DNA of 63,975 nucleotides, filler included, from Octopus bimaculoides (Eukaryota), in assembly GCF_001194135.2 (NCBI RefSeq). It is 10 parts of 8 records of this genome, joined end to end, with 100 filler letters (N's around TTAATTAATTAA, not from the genome) between each part and the next. Parts side by side here need not be neighbours in the genome. Positions count along the whole stretch, not along the records: positions 18,200 to 28,626 come from NC_068995.1; positions 28,727 to 41,052 come from NC_068984.1; 8 more parts are not named here. One strand, 5' to 3'. The translations under genes and the position numbers were made by a program. The notes below the pieces were generated by a model. It saw nothing but the letters and a program-made list of their open reading frames with translations. It was not told the DNA's origin and did no database searches. Shown in pieces: positions 25,429-38,606 of the stretch. Position 1 is the stretch's first letter. Each line of letters opens with the position of its first letter.

Positions 25429-26154
25429 GCGTGCATGCGTGTAAGTGGAGAAAAGGGAAAGAAATAGATAGAGAGAGAGGAAGTGAGAAAGAGTACGAGG
25501 AAGATAGTTATATATTTTGTGAGACAATAAATGTGTATGTGTATCTATATTAATGCATATTTATGGGTAAATGTTAGTGAAAGGAATTCCTTCTTGTTAT
25601 ATATAATGAAAGTTACTTTTAGCCAGAGTTACATGCAGTTAACAGAAATAAGGACAAAAATGAAATTCGAGTCGATATGTAAGATGAGTGCGTGTATAGC
25701 ATAACAATAACGTTGAACATTCCTTTATATTAAATACAACAGTATATATTCTTCAAATCTATGTAGTCTTTGTCATATTTTCTTGTCTTTTATAATTCTC
25801 TACGTGTGTCCGTATATCACCGGCATTCTGCAATACAAACTCATCATACGAACACACGAACACACGCACATACACACACAAATATATATATGTATGTATA
25901 TATGAATAAAAAGATATATATATATATATATAACTGAATTGTGGCACAATATGGACCGATTTCGGAATACCGATGAACTTTTATGTAAACGTATCAACTT
26001 AAAGGATAAACTTATTACGATGTATATTACAATGGATTTTACAATGGATAATACCAAATGGACTCCCCCTTTTTCTCTCTCATGTTTCTCTCTCTCTTGC
26101 TTTTTTCTTGGTGATTTCTTCTTTGTGATATAATGCTTGCGAAAGAATATATGT

Positions 26155-26253
26155 GCGGCTGAAGATAACTTTATACCATCCGGTCTATCAATTATACACC
26201 CCTATAATAATGCAACGAATGTTTGTGAATAAAACTTGAAACACGTGTACCGC
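26155..26253 (+). ncRNA. Type I HHR-like motif with intact core
   Basis: gcgg CTGAAGA (26159-26165) [72 nt] GAAA (26238-26241) C-ACGT-G TA ccgc. Helix I gcgg/ccgc, palindromic CACGTG helix III, GUA triplet. Confidence 0.6.
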
Positions 26254-26363
26254 GGAATCCTTTGTGTTCTGTTTTAATTTTACGTTTTTAATTTATATAA
26301 ATAGATAAAAATAACAGATAAATAGATAGATGTACATATGTATGTTTACATTTGCTTATGTAT

Positions 26364-26893
26364 AAGCGGCTCCATTTAATTGAACATGCAATTAAATTCA
26401 ATGCACATATTAATAAATAAAATTCTAACCAGTCGGACACAAATATTTTAACAGAGCAAGAAGATGGAACAAATTCATGTTGTCACTATTGTAAGCTAAG
26501 AATAGACTACACTTCAAAGAATCGTGTGAAGCCTTTTGCAGTCATAGTGTTGTAAGGGATTTTAATCCATTTCTAATTTATGTATCTTTTTATCAACTAC
26601 TAAGTCTAAGACTAGAAAATTGTGTCTATTTTGAATAAAGGAAAAAAGTGAGTTGACAGCTCACGGCTAGGTAGAGTCAAAAATAATGTCACATGTATAC
26701 TTTTTCCTCGGGGAGGAAAGTAGACATTAAGAGTAGTCAATTGGCTATCTTCTTGCTCTGTTAATATATTTCAGAAAGATTATATTAATGTGTCCGACTT
26801 GTTAAAATTCTGTTTATATATTTACGCAGCTGAAGATGGCACTGTATTTAAAGTTATGTAACGATTGCATTGTTCGATTAAATGGAGCCTCTT
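26364..26893. repeat. Imperfect inverted repeat (arms ~26364-26475 and ~26739-26893), probable PLE terminal inversion
   Basis: ggctccatttaat(t/c)gaac, agtcggacaca and ttaacagagcaagaagat are present in both arms in opposite orientation. Confidence 0.85.
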
Positions 26894-26909
26894 GAAATGG
26901 TCGTATTGC
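26826..26909 (+). ncRNA. Type I HHR-like motif
   Basis: gcag CTGAAGA (26830-26836) [57 nt; ggc/gcc and atttaa/ttaaat pairings] GAAA (26894-26897) T-GGTC-G TA ttgc. Helix I gcag/ttgc with one G-U. Confidence 0.5.
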
Positions 26910-27546
26910 ATCATTACTTGATATCCTGCTGCTTATTTTGATCTTATTTACCTTACTTCGAACTGTGCAGGTAATACCGGACTGAATCGGCACTTCAAAT
27001 TAAGTACCTAATTCAAATTAATGTCGATTATTTACTTNNNNNNNNNNNNNNNNNNNNNNNNNNNNNNNNNNNNNNNNNNNNNNNNNNNNNNNNNNNNNNN
27101 NNNNNNNNNNNNNNNNNNNNNNNNNNNNNNNNNNNNNNNNNNNNNNNNNNNNNNNNNNNNNNNNNNNNNNNNNNNNNNNNNNNNNNNNNNNNNNNNNNNN
27201 NNNNNNNNNNNNNNNNNNNNNNNNNNNNNNNNNNNNNNNNNNNNNNNNNNNNNNNNNNNNNNNNNNNNNNNNNNNNNNNNNNNNNNNNNNNNNNNNNNNN
27301 NNNNNNNNNNNNNNNNNNNNNNNNNNNNNNNNNNNNNNNNNNNNNNNNNNNNNNNNNNNNNNNNNNNNNNNNNNNNNNNNNNNNNNNNNNNNNNNNNNNN
27401 NNNNNNNNNNNNNNNNNNNNNNNNNNNNNNNNNNNNNNNNNNNNNNNNNNNNNNNNNNNNNNNNNNNNNNNNNNNNAATTTAAAGAATACACAGAATAGA
27501 GAATATCCATTTGTTTTCCTTTATGCAGTCATTTATCTTCTTTTTT

Positions 27547-27640
27547 TGCCTACGTAACGTTTCCGTCGCTATCAAGGTGCATCTTCCGCGTCTTTTAGTG
27601 CATTATGACACTAAAATCCATCAAGGGCTTCATCAGGGCA
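27547..27640 (-). ncRNA. Type I HHR-like motif with intact core
   Basis: Minus strand tgcc CTGATGA (27636-27630) [66 nt including ttttagtg/cactaaaa hairpin] GAAA (27563-27560) CG-TTA-CG TA ggca. Confidence 0.55.
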
Positions 27641-27704
27641 TTTTCACCGTTACATTTCATTCATTCGAAATGGGAAATAATTCCAACTGAAAAAGATTTT
27701 TGCT

Positions 27705-27739
<35 letters not shown>

Positions 27740-28016
27740 TTCAACCACATGGTGATATCGTTCTCGAGATAGCTCAAACTAATCTTTTAACAATACTGTT
27801 CAAAGGAAGAAATTAACTGCCATAAATGTAGGTCATATTACTATTTATTACTTTTCAGTTCTTAAGATGAATTTACTGTAATTTATGTGTGTGGTGTTGC
27901 CGTCCCTTGTTCGTTCGATTGCTACTATTTATGCTGCACCGGAAACCACGCCTAAAAATTTGGTTCTTAAATAGATACACAGACAGACCGTTCGACAGAC
28001 AGACAGACAGTTAGAG

Positions 28017-28089
<73 letters not shown>

Positions 28090-28092
28090 TAA

Positions 28093-28494
28093 GCGCAGGC
28101 ATGGCTGTGTGGTAAGAAAATTGCTTCTCAGCTACATAGTCCAGGATTCCGTTCCACTGTGTGGCATCTTGGCCGAGTGTCTTCTACTATAACCACGGGC
28201 TGACCAAATCCTAGGGAGTGGATTTGGTAGACGGAAACTGAAAGCCTGTCGTATGTAAATATGTATATATGTATGTGTGTTTGTTTCTCTGTCTGTGCTT
28301 GTTCTCCATCACCACTTGACAGCCGGTGTTGGTGTCTTTGCGTCCTCATAACTTAGCAGTTCGGCAAAAGCGGCCTGTAGAATAAGTTTCAGGCTTAAAA
28401 GATAAGTTCTTGGGCCGATTTATTCAACTAAAAGAAATAATTCAAGCCGGCATCCCAGCATGGCAGTAGTCTAATGACTGAAGCAATTAAAGAA
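28093..28494 (+). mobile_element. tRNA-derived SINE (family B)
   Basis: gcgcaggcatggctgtgtggtaaga head; ggatttggtagacggaaactgaaag; internal (TA/TG)n; tail ccagcatggc...atgactgaa. Confidence 0.9.
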
Positions 28495-28496
28495 TG

Positions 28497-28534
<38 letters not shown>

Positions 28535-28790
28535 GAAGAATGAGATAAAGTGACCAATGGCATAAATAAATTTATATTATATGTAGAATGTATTACAGCT
28601 GTTTCAGGGAAAATTCAATGTATCCCNNNNNNNNNNNNNNNNNNNNNNNNNNNNNNNNNNNNNNNNNNNNTTAATTAATTAANNNNNNNNNNNNNNNNNN
28701 NNNNNNNNNNNNNNNNNNNNNNNNNNTATATATATATATACATACAAACGTACATACATACATACAAACATACATACAAACATACATACA

Positions 28791-28825
<35 letters not shown>

Positions 28826-30264
28826 GTATATGTATGTATGTATGTATGTATTTATGTATGTATTTATGTATGTATGTAACAAATTGCGAGATTTTGTTTA
28901 TAGTTGGCATTCGTCCCTATTTTTCTGAATATATCTTACATGTATGCCAAGAAATAAAATGGGCTACCAAGGTTGTGGCCCAGATCCATATATGAGCCTG
29001 TATTTAAAGCAGACTACAATACCGTACACTTGTACGTGTGTGTGCAAATAGGAACATACATAGAAATATATACGTGTGTGCGTGTATGTGTGTGTGTGTT
29101 TGGTGTGTACGTATGTATGTATGTATAATTGATGCAACGCAAGCATGCAAAATTAATTATCACTGCTACTTGAATGTCATATAACACAGGAATGTAGGTT
29201 TTGTCTTTTTTCTTTAGTGTTCCGATACGGCAACTCCAGCTTATTCGAGTATTAAATAAATTATGCAAACAGATTTCGTTTTAAAAATATTTAATGCGAT
29301 AATTCTCTATTCACTCTACTTTTCATAAAGACGCATGTATCCATGTGTTTTTCTTGAGGCTTCTAATATTCGGTGAGGTGTACATTAAAATTAGTTATCA
29401 AAAACATCTATTCTTTACACCAGTTGGCTTTAAATACAAAATCCACTCTTATATGAATCACTTTTTATTTTTTCCCTAAATTGCGCTCTGGTGTTATTTG
29501 ATGTTATTGGAAGTTTCTCCCTTGTTCGTTACTGTTCCTTTCAGAAGCAATAGCACTTTACTAATGAAAAGGTAAACTTAATCTAATCGAAGTTTTTATT
29601 TTTTCAATCTCCTATATAAAATGTGGGTGATCCTAATGTACATATATCTACATATGTATATTTAAGAAAATTTAAGAAAAATCATGAGCGTGTGCATTTG
29701 CTATTTGTTTGTGTGTATGTGTTTGATTGTATGTATATGTGTGCATTTGTGCGCACATGAATATTAATTGCATACGCATTCCTATATTTACGTATAACTA
29801 ATATAACGGTCTTTTCTAATGATGTAATGTCTCCATTAATCAATTAAAAATTCGTTGGAAACAGCTGTAATGAATTGTCACATTATCCATCTGTTGTCAT
29901 TTATTTATTTATTAAAATTCACTTCTCTCGGAAACTACTCATTGCATAGATCCGGAGTATATTATAGACCGTAAATTGTGCTGTTGATATACTAAGTCAG
30001 GTACAGTTAATCGCATACATAACCTGCATATCTTTCTGCTTGTACTTCGGTACACGCGTATGTATTCCTCTATTTTTGTTGTTTATACATTTTACTTTTC
30101 GCCCCAACCTGGCGCCTTATCATTTAAGTACCTGTTTCACTTGAGTCCTGATCTATTACAATACATATATGTACATACATACTCACATACATACATATAT
30201 ACATACATATATATTCATTATATATACACATGCAATACATATATGCACACACACTCTCTTTCTC

Positions 30265-30339
<75 letters not shown>

Positions 30340-30344
30340 TTGGA

Positions 30345-30497
30345 AGATCTACACCAACAGCAGTGAGTGGAAAGTGCCGCCTTTGTGATATGGAAAGGTG
30401 GCTCATCTGGAAAAGCATCTTAGACCCCGCCACATGTCTAAATTCTGAACTTTTCGAATCATGTCCACATGTGGGTAAATATTTGTTACGTTTTTAG
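30345..30497 (+). mobile_element. Penelope-like element, GIY-YIG endonuclease C-terminal remnant
   Basis: GKCRLCDMERWLIWKSILDPATCLNSELFESCPHVGKYLLRF matches the PLE C-terminal pattern C.LC..EK..I....LN..SEL...C.H..K.LL. Confidence 0.65.
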
Positions 30498-30859
30498 TCC
30501 CCCCGAGATTACAGATAGGACTTGCTTTCTATATTGTGTCCACGTACAAGCTTTTTATCTCTCAATCCTTTTTATTTATATTTCTTATATATTCTTTATA
30601 TACTTTTTTTTATATATTTATAGAGATATTGTTTTATAGGTTTATTGCTCATATATTTTTTACACATATTTTTTCTACCTTCCACCCTGCATTTTTCCTG
30701 TGCGTATATAGACGTGTATTTGGTATCTTTTGTGCGCGCGTGTGGATGTGTGCGTGTGTGCGGGTATGTGCGTATATTGACGAATGTGTGTGTGCGTGCA
30801 TGCGAGTATGTGCGTATTTAGACGTGTTTTACTCTTATTGCTTATTTTTTTACACTTGT

Positions 30860-31340
30860 TTGTGTTGTCATGGGGTGGTTATGCCTGGTATTGGGACGTT
30901 GTTGGTGTGTTCTGTTCCTGGTTGTATGGGTGATCTTTAGATTTAGTGTGATCTATTTCATAAATGCGTTGTTTGTCAGCTTGTTCCCTGTTTAGTTTTG
31001 CGTACTTCAAAAATGATGGTTGTAGGTGATTTCTATTTATGGTGTATGGAGGATAATGAGGAGGGTTGTTGTTGATTAAGTGGTTGAAATTGGAGGTGAT
31101 TTGTGCGTTGTTCAGTTTTTCTTAGTTTTTTTTCTTTAGAAAAGGATTATCTGCACTGAATTCTTTTTTAAAAGTTGATTCATATCTTTGGAAGAAATCA
31201 TTGCTTTTTTCCCAGCGAAGGAGAGAACTTCTTTCTTCCTTTTCACAGACTTCTTTCCAAAGATTTATGGTGTTTTCGGTTATTTCTCCACTCAAAATTT
31301 TATAACATTTTTCTAACATAACGATTTAAATATATACTTT
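30860..31340 (-). mobile_element. Retroelement-like ORF remnant (possibly PLE N-terminal region), converging on the 30345 fragment
   Basis: MLEKCYKILSGEITENTINLWKEVCEKEERSSLLRWEKS continues after a frameshift into an N/P/Q-rich frame to ~30860. No family-defining motif. Confidence 0.3.
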
Positions 31341-31385
31341 AACCACATAACACAAGCCTTCTATAGTTTTTTCACTCTTTTTTGT

Positions 31386-31416
<31 letters not shown>

Positions 31417-31639
31417 CCCCTGCATGCGTTTGTGTTGGGGTGTGGTATATGGTGCAGAATCTGAGATGAAAAACCAACAAGTCGCATAACAGGTCGCATA
31501 ACAAACGACATTCTTCTTGTGTACTGTAATATGGTCATTCAAATTTGTCAAAGTACGAAATGAAAATCTTTTTGTACCTTGACACGAGCCTCACGTGACT
31601 TATTAAGCAAGTATTTGTCAGTTACTGACGAACTGCCAA

Positions 31640-31997
31640 TGTCTTGACAGTCATCATGATCATCATCATCATCATCATCAGCGGCATCGGCAGCAGCAGC
31701 AGCAGCAGTATCCTTATTATCAACATTAGCAGAAGCAACTGAACGAGAAAAGCAGCAACGTCATCAATAATATCATTATGTAAAATATTATCTTCATCAA
31801 CCAATAACGCCGATATCCCCTACCCATTCTCTTCCTTCTCCTCCTTATCATCACCATTAATAACAACAACAATATCAACAATCAATATCACAAATAATAT
31901 TATCAAAATTATTTATTATTTTCAGCAACACCTTCATCATCATTATCATCATCATCATCATCGTCATCGTCGTCACCGTTATTTTCTTTATCATCAC

Positions 31998-32052
<55 letters not shown>

Positions 32053-32056
32053 TTTA

Positions 32057-32111
<55 letters not shown>

Positions 32112-32560
32112 GCCATCATATTCCTATGGTATGAACAACATCATCGTCACCACTATGACACACCAGAGTCCAGCTGACAACAATAGCAACAATATCCCCA
32201 TCATTAACGTCGCCATTTTCATGATCATCATCGTTATTTCGTCATCACTTCACCATTATGATCTTTAGCAGAACATTTTTTCGTAGCAGTCTTTGCCAAC
32301 GTCGCCATCATGTTAATCATTTCGATCTCGTTCATCACCCTTTTATCACCATCATCATCATCACTGCGATCGTCATCATCGTTCTACCCCATTATCACCA
32401 CTATTATTGTCATCGTCTTCGACATCATCGTCGTCCTCATTATAATCACAACTCCTCCCTACCACCACCACCGCCATTATCCTCCTCCTTCCCCCTTTAT
32501 CATCATCATCAAAATGTTCGAAGTCATGGTCCATGGTCAATGATGTTATTTTAATCAACT
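31640..32560. repeat. Cryptic (ATC/ATT/CAG/CAC)n low-complexity tract
   Basis: Degenerate trinucleotide runs; explains the H/I/S-rich spurious ORFs. Confidence 0.9.
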
Positions 32561-33924
32561 TGAATTCGCCGTGCCCTGTTTATCATGCATCGTCCTTTCA
32601 TTTGTGGATATCACCTTTGCCACATCTTTCTCTCTCACACAAACTCTCTCTCTCTCTCTCTCATTTCCCTTTTCTGTCTCTCCCACTTTCACACACACAT
32701 TTTCGCTTCTATTTCTCATTCTTTTCCCCCCTCTCTTCTTCAGCGGATGTCCGTTAGTTTCTCAGAGTGTTACGAATGGAAAAAATGAGACTGACGACCG
32801 TAGATAGTTATGGGCTCACTGCTGTAGGATTCTTTACTGCAAGATATCTGTAATTAGAAACAAATAGAAAGAAATCAATATATGCACATACGAAATACAC
32901 TCACGCATACACACATATACACACACATTAACAATTTTAGTGTTTCTCAGAAGGCAAAAATATATTGCTGTATTCTTTTCTCACGTCTGTGAAACAATAT
33001 GTAATATGATTGCACATAAAAATAAACTCTCCTTTCTCAGTCTGTTAGATATAGCTTAAATTAAACCATTCTGCATAAGAAAAGAAAATAACACATTGGA
33101 TACTGTAAACATACAAAAAAACATATATCGTACTACTGAGTATTTCCACAGATTGTTTTTATCCAACACTACTTGCATTAAACATTATTTTTATTCACAG
33201 TATCTTCTGGACGAGTAACGTCAATCCTTTTTAGGATTTCAACAACTTTCCTCAGAGATACTGCAAGTAAATCTACTAATAAGAAGGACTTAAAATAATC
33301 GACTAAAATGAATTCTTAACAGCTAGGCAGTTAATTCGATAATTAACTTAATTCTTTGTTAATAGTATCGTCTTGCAAGACTGCAAAATTTTCATCTCAG
33401 CGTGATTTGAACTCTGAGCGTAAAGAACCGGAAAAGTACCACAAGTTAGATCCTGTACTCTGGTTATAAATAATTATAGTTAGATTGCATAAAAGTGTTC
33501 AAATACTGATTCGGGGAAGTTTTCTGCGAGGATGTGACTAAGAAAGAACAAAGCAAACGGACTCGCAACATCCAAATTCGATCAATTGGTGGTACTTTGG
33601 AGTAATTGTATAAAAACCTGTGTCGTCTTATACAGGACGTGGCAAAATATCCACAACCACCATACTTGATAAATGCTTCAGTAACAAACGCAGGGTGTTC
33701 ACCGGTCCAAATTGTGATGTGTTAGCGCATTATAACGATTAAATAAGCTTATAAAGTTTATAAAAGGTTGATTAATTATAAACTGAGTTTGCTGTTGAGA
33801 TGTTTATGAAAAATAGTGAATCTGAGATTTTTTTGCCACACCTCGTAATATTCAACATGCAATTCTCTTTAACTGCAACTCTTTCGATTTTGATGTCCAA
33901 ATCCCAGAGATCGAATTCTGTTTC

Positions 33925-34137
33925 AGGCAGCAAGCTGGCAGAATCGTTAAGCACACCGGACGAAATACATTTAGGTATTTCGTCCGTCTTTACGATTTGA
34001 ATTCAAAATCCGCCGAGGTCGACTTTGCCTTTCATTCCTTTGGGGTTGATAAAATAAGTACCATTTGAGGACTGCTTTCGACATAATCGACTTACCCCTC
34101 GTCCAGAATTGCTGGCATTGTGCCAAAATTTGAAACC
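33925..34137 (+). mobile_element. SINE family A
   Basis: aagctggcagaatcgttaagcac...gccgaggtcgactttgcctttcat...tgtgccaaaatttgaaacc. Confidence 0.9.
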
Positions 34138-34892
34138 ATTATTAGAAACACACACATTCTTATATGAAGAATTCCAACAATTAAAACTCTTAAATATGTA
34201 TTTATACATATATATGTGTGTATGTATCTGTGTCTGTGCGTCTGTGTGTGTATGCGTACGTTTGTGTGATTGAGTGTCCTAATGTGTTTGATGGTGATGG
34301 AAGTTCGATGTTAGGTGAGAAACTGTACTAATGAAATAGCTACGCTTAATAAGTTTCTGAATGATTAGGCAACTCTCATATAATCACATATATATGCAGG
34401 CTAATAAACAGCTCATGTAATTATAAGCAAGCGCACGTTTACAAATGTCGATAATTGTCATCCAGTAACACTCACACGTGTGGATGTGTTAGGCGACAAT
34501 GCCTTGCACACGTCCGCTCACGTTAAATACACTTGTACAGAAGCATACGTACACAGCCACGCGCAGAAACTTTCATGAACAGCGCAGATCTTGTGATCAC
34601 ACGCACAGAACACATACGCACAAGCACGCGTATATACATACATAGAGGTGTGCGTGTGTAAATACACGCACACACGCATTTCGCTCAGACATAGTGATAC
34701 TAATAACCTGGTATTAGAACTCATACATATACTTCAGAATGAAGCGTCAGTTGAGTATATAGAAGTCCTTCGTATGCCTATTTTTATACGCTTTCTAAAA
34801 TTTATCTTATACATATTCTGGGAAGGGTCTCTCTACTTCAAAGTCCTGAATTAATTTCTTCTGTATGCTTATGTCTTTCATTGAAAATTCTG

Positions 34893-34969
<77 letters not shown>

Positions 34970-35575
34970 CGTTCGTGTGTGTGTGCGTGTGTGTGTGTGT
35001 GTATGTTAAATGTTTCCCAAATAAAACTGCACTCCATCTTTGAAGTTCCGATGAAGCTATGGAGTGATACTCGAGCATACAACTATGACTGCATTGCATT
35101 TTATAGCAGAAACACCTACAAGCTAATGAAGTTCATAGCATAATTGTTTATTCCATTTTCATTCTAATTACATATAGGTAAATACATGTGTGTGAGCGTG
35201 TGAATGTGTGCGTGCGTGTATGTGTGTGAGTGTGCAAGTGTTTGTTCGTACATGCGTAATCAAAAGATATATATATATATTATATATACTAATGCTTGTA
35301 GTCTAACCACGAGTCTAAATGTTCAACTAGGCGAAATATGTGGCTTTTAAACATATATATGTAACTTTATTTCATTGTTCTCAAACTTATCATATACATA
35401 CACACATACATACAAACACACATACATATGTATGTATATACATATATATGTTTAATATGTATGAACATTAATACATATACAATATATGTGAATATGCATA
35501 CATGTGTATGTATATACATTTATATACATACCTTCATATATAAAATACATATATGCTTATATATATTGTATATAC

Positions 35576-35620
<45 letters not shown>

Positions 35621-36149
35621 TGCATGTATGCATACATATATATAATACACAAACATGCACGTACACTTGCATATATATTCATGCATTCATTTATATATGT
35701 CTCAATTTACACATGCACATATATCATTTAACCCACACCCCTCTCTCTTTCTCTCTCATTCACCAAGTCTTTTATCCGATATAAGAATTGTACATATCTG
35801 GCAGGATGGATTTAAATCCGCACACATTTCGCTATATACCTTGGCAAATAAGTTAATCAACCTTCCCTTAATATAAACACCCACTGACCTTTCTCTCTAT
35901 TATAATAATAACCTCTTGTTTCCTTCTCATCTTTCTAAACCAGGAAAGACATTCGTGATTTTTTTATTTTTATTTTCATTATTATTATACTTTATTCTTT
36001 GTTATTTATTTATTTATTTGGCAGCCTCAAGCACACGTGTGCATGTGTTAACTCCCGGTTGAGTTCTCACGTTGTTTTGTCTCCTCTTTAATTCTCTTAT
36101 TAGTCTCTCCTTTCACATCACTTCATTTCATTCTACTTCCTGTAAATAT

Positions 36150-36730
36150 AGCCCCGCCTCTTTTTTTTTTTTACCATCATCATTATCATTACTCTGTTTG
36201 TTTATTACTATTGTTTTGTTGTTAGTTTTTACATTTTCACATTTTGTTTTCTATTTTATTCTATATTGATTTAGTCGCCGACTATTCGTTTATATTATTG
36301 TGGTTATTGTTTTTCTATGTTGTTTTTATCGTCGCCGTAGTTTTTATTCTTCGTATGCTTGTTGTTGTTATTATTGTTAGTCGTCTCATTGCAATTACCT
36401 CCCCTCTCTCAATATTGTTGGTCTCTGATAGACTCGTTGTACGATTTAAATCTCTCTCTTCTCTTGCTGTCTATATGGTTTAACACAGTCGTTTATGTTG
36501 TTATTGTTGTTGTTGTTGTTGTTGCTGCTGCTGCTGCTACTGCCACTGCTGCTGATGTTGCTGCTGATTTTCGTTTGCTTCTAAATGTTGGTGAGTTTGG
36601 GTAAAATTGTTTGCTTTAAGTTCTGATATGTCCCTCATTTTCTTTTGTTGTTGCCGTTATAGATTATAGCTGTTGTTCTTTTGATAGTAGTGGCGGTGGT
36701 GGTGGTGGTGGTGGTGGTGGCGGCGGTGTT
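36150..36730. repeat. Cryptic (GTT/ATT/GCT/GGT)n low-complexity tract
   Basis: Directly visible degenerate trinucleotide runs. Confidence 0.85.
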
Positions 36731-37250
36731 AAGGGCGTGTTTTTCTTGTTTTTAAGGGCGTGTTTTTATTTACTTTTTTCTTCTTTTTACTGTTTATTTC
36801 TTTTTGTTATTTTTCTCTTTACTTCCCTCCCCCCCCCCTAATTTCTACAACGGGGTCTGATGATAATGACAAGTTAATAATGTCAAAAAGTGGGCAGTAA
36901 AGAGCGAAATATACTCGCAGTGAGGAGAAAATAAATGACTGACTTCACTGCAGTTGAGGAGGAGGAGTAGCGACATCACCGAATGAATTACACCTCATAT
37001 AATTCATTAATTAAAACATAATTGGTATAAATGAATAAATAAATAAGAAGAATTAAATAAAAATCTCTAAACGACACAAGACAGGAAAAGAAGAATCAAA
37101 ATATTTGAAGGGAAAAAATTATTTTTCTAAATTTCATTGTGGCAAAACAACAAAAAAAAGAGAGTAAGAAAAAAATAAACACGAACAAAAACTGAAGAAA
37201 AACAAAATGTTGAAAAACAAACAGTGGGAGAATAAATAAATAAATAATAA

Positions 37251-37925
37251 TGGTTTCAAATTTTGGAACCAAGGCAGCAATTTAGGGGGATGGGATAAGT
37301 CGATTACATTGGCCCCAGTATTCAACTGGTACTTATTTTATCGACCCCGAAAGGATGAATAGCAAAGTCAACCTCGAGGGAATTTGAGCTCAGATCGTGA
37401 AGACGGACGAAATGCCGTTAAACATTTTGCCCGGCGTGCGAACGATTCTACCAGCTCGCCGCTTTCATTTGTTAATAATAATGATAATAATGATTTCAAA
37501 TTTTGGCACAAAGCCAGCAAGTTCGGGGAGGAGATAAGTCGAATACCTCTACTCAGTACTTAACTGGTACTTATTTTATCGACCCTGAAAGGATGAAGGG
37601 CAAGTTCGACCGGAGCGGAATATGAGCTCAGAACCTATAGACAGTCGAAATGCCACTAAACACTTCGCTCGACGTTCGAACAATTCTGCCAGCTCAGTAA
37701 TAATAATAGTCCTTTCTGTTATAGGCACAAGGTCTGAAGTTTTGGTGGGGAGTGGACTATTCGATTACATCGACCCCAGTGCTCGACTGGTACTCATTTT
37801 ATCGTTCCTGAGAGGATGAAAGGCAAAGTCTACCTCGACGGAATTTAAACTCAGAACGTGCAGACAGACGAAATGCCGCCAAGCATTTTGCCTGGCGTGA
37901 AAACGATTCTGCCAGCTCACCGCCT
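37251..37925 (-). mobile_element. Three head-to-tail SINE family A copies
   Basis: Copies at ~37251-37463, 37491-37695 and 37711-37925, separated by (AAT)n. Confidence 0.9.
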
Positions 37926-37943
37926 GAAATAATAATAATAATG

Positions 37944-37988
<45 letters not shown>

Positions 37989-37989
37989 G

Positions 37990-38510
37990 TGCCCTGGTGT
38001 AGTACCATGGTTTCTCATCTTAACTGGTTGGAAGTGTTATCATGTACATTGTTTTGTCTTGGTATAAAAGATGGGCTACAACAAATATTCTGCTCAATAC
38101 CACAGATTTGCTTTTCAGTTGCTTGACCTTAACTAGTTGAGCATATCCCTTGGTGGCTGACGATATGTGCATCACTGATGACGAACAGAAGTAGAGGGGG
38201 AGCATAGCCATGTGTCGAGAGGTTTGGATAATTCACCTTTGGAAACATGGGTGTTTTGTTCAACACCCTTAAACAACCCTTATTGAGGGACCTTTTGAGC
38301 GGGATGGGTTACTCAACCTGAAGGAAATTCTAACTGAGCCCCACCTGCAAGGTTATGGATGGTTTATCTTGATATGAGATCACTATGTCATGCACATATG
38401 GTTGTGATGCATGTGCCTGGTGTACCCTTATCGGACGGGTAGTCATGATGGGTATACAGGGCTTATTTTACCCCAGTGTCACTTTGATGGCATGCACTGC
38501 TCTCTCACTC
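37990..38510 (+). mobile_element. ~520-580-bp (AAT)n-flanked interspersed repeat (family D)
   Basis: tgccctg...gcactgctctctcactc(aat)n; also at 38607-39154 and inverted at 44532-45146. Confidence 0.88.
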
Positions 38511-38606
38511 AATAATAATAATAATAATAATAACAACAACAACAACAACAACAACTGGGAGAGCATGATAGCTATGTTCTGAAAGGAATTCTTTGGTATT
38601 TGAACA

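Noticed and set aside
32785-32822. tgag-CTGACGA-ccgta/tatgg-ctca as a hammerhead
   Set aside because: Helices I and II could pair, but GAAA and NUH are entirely missing.
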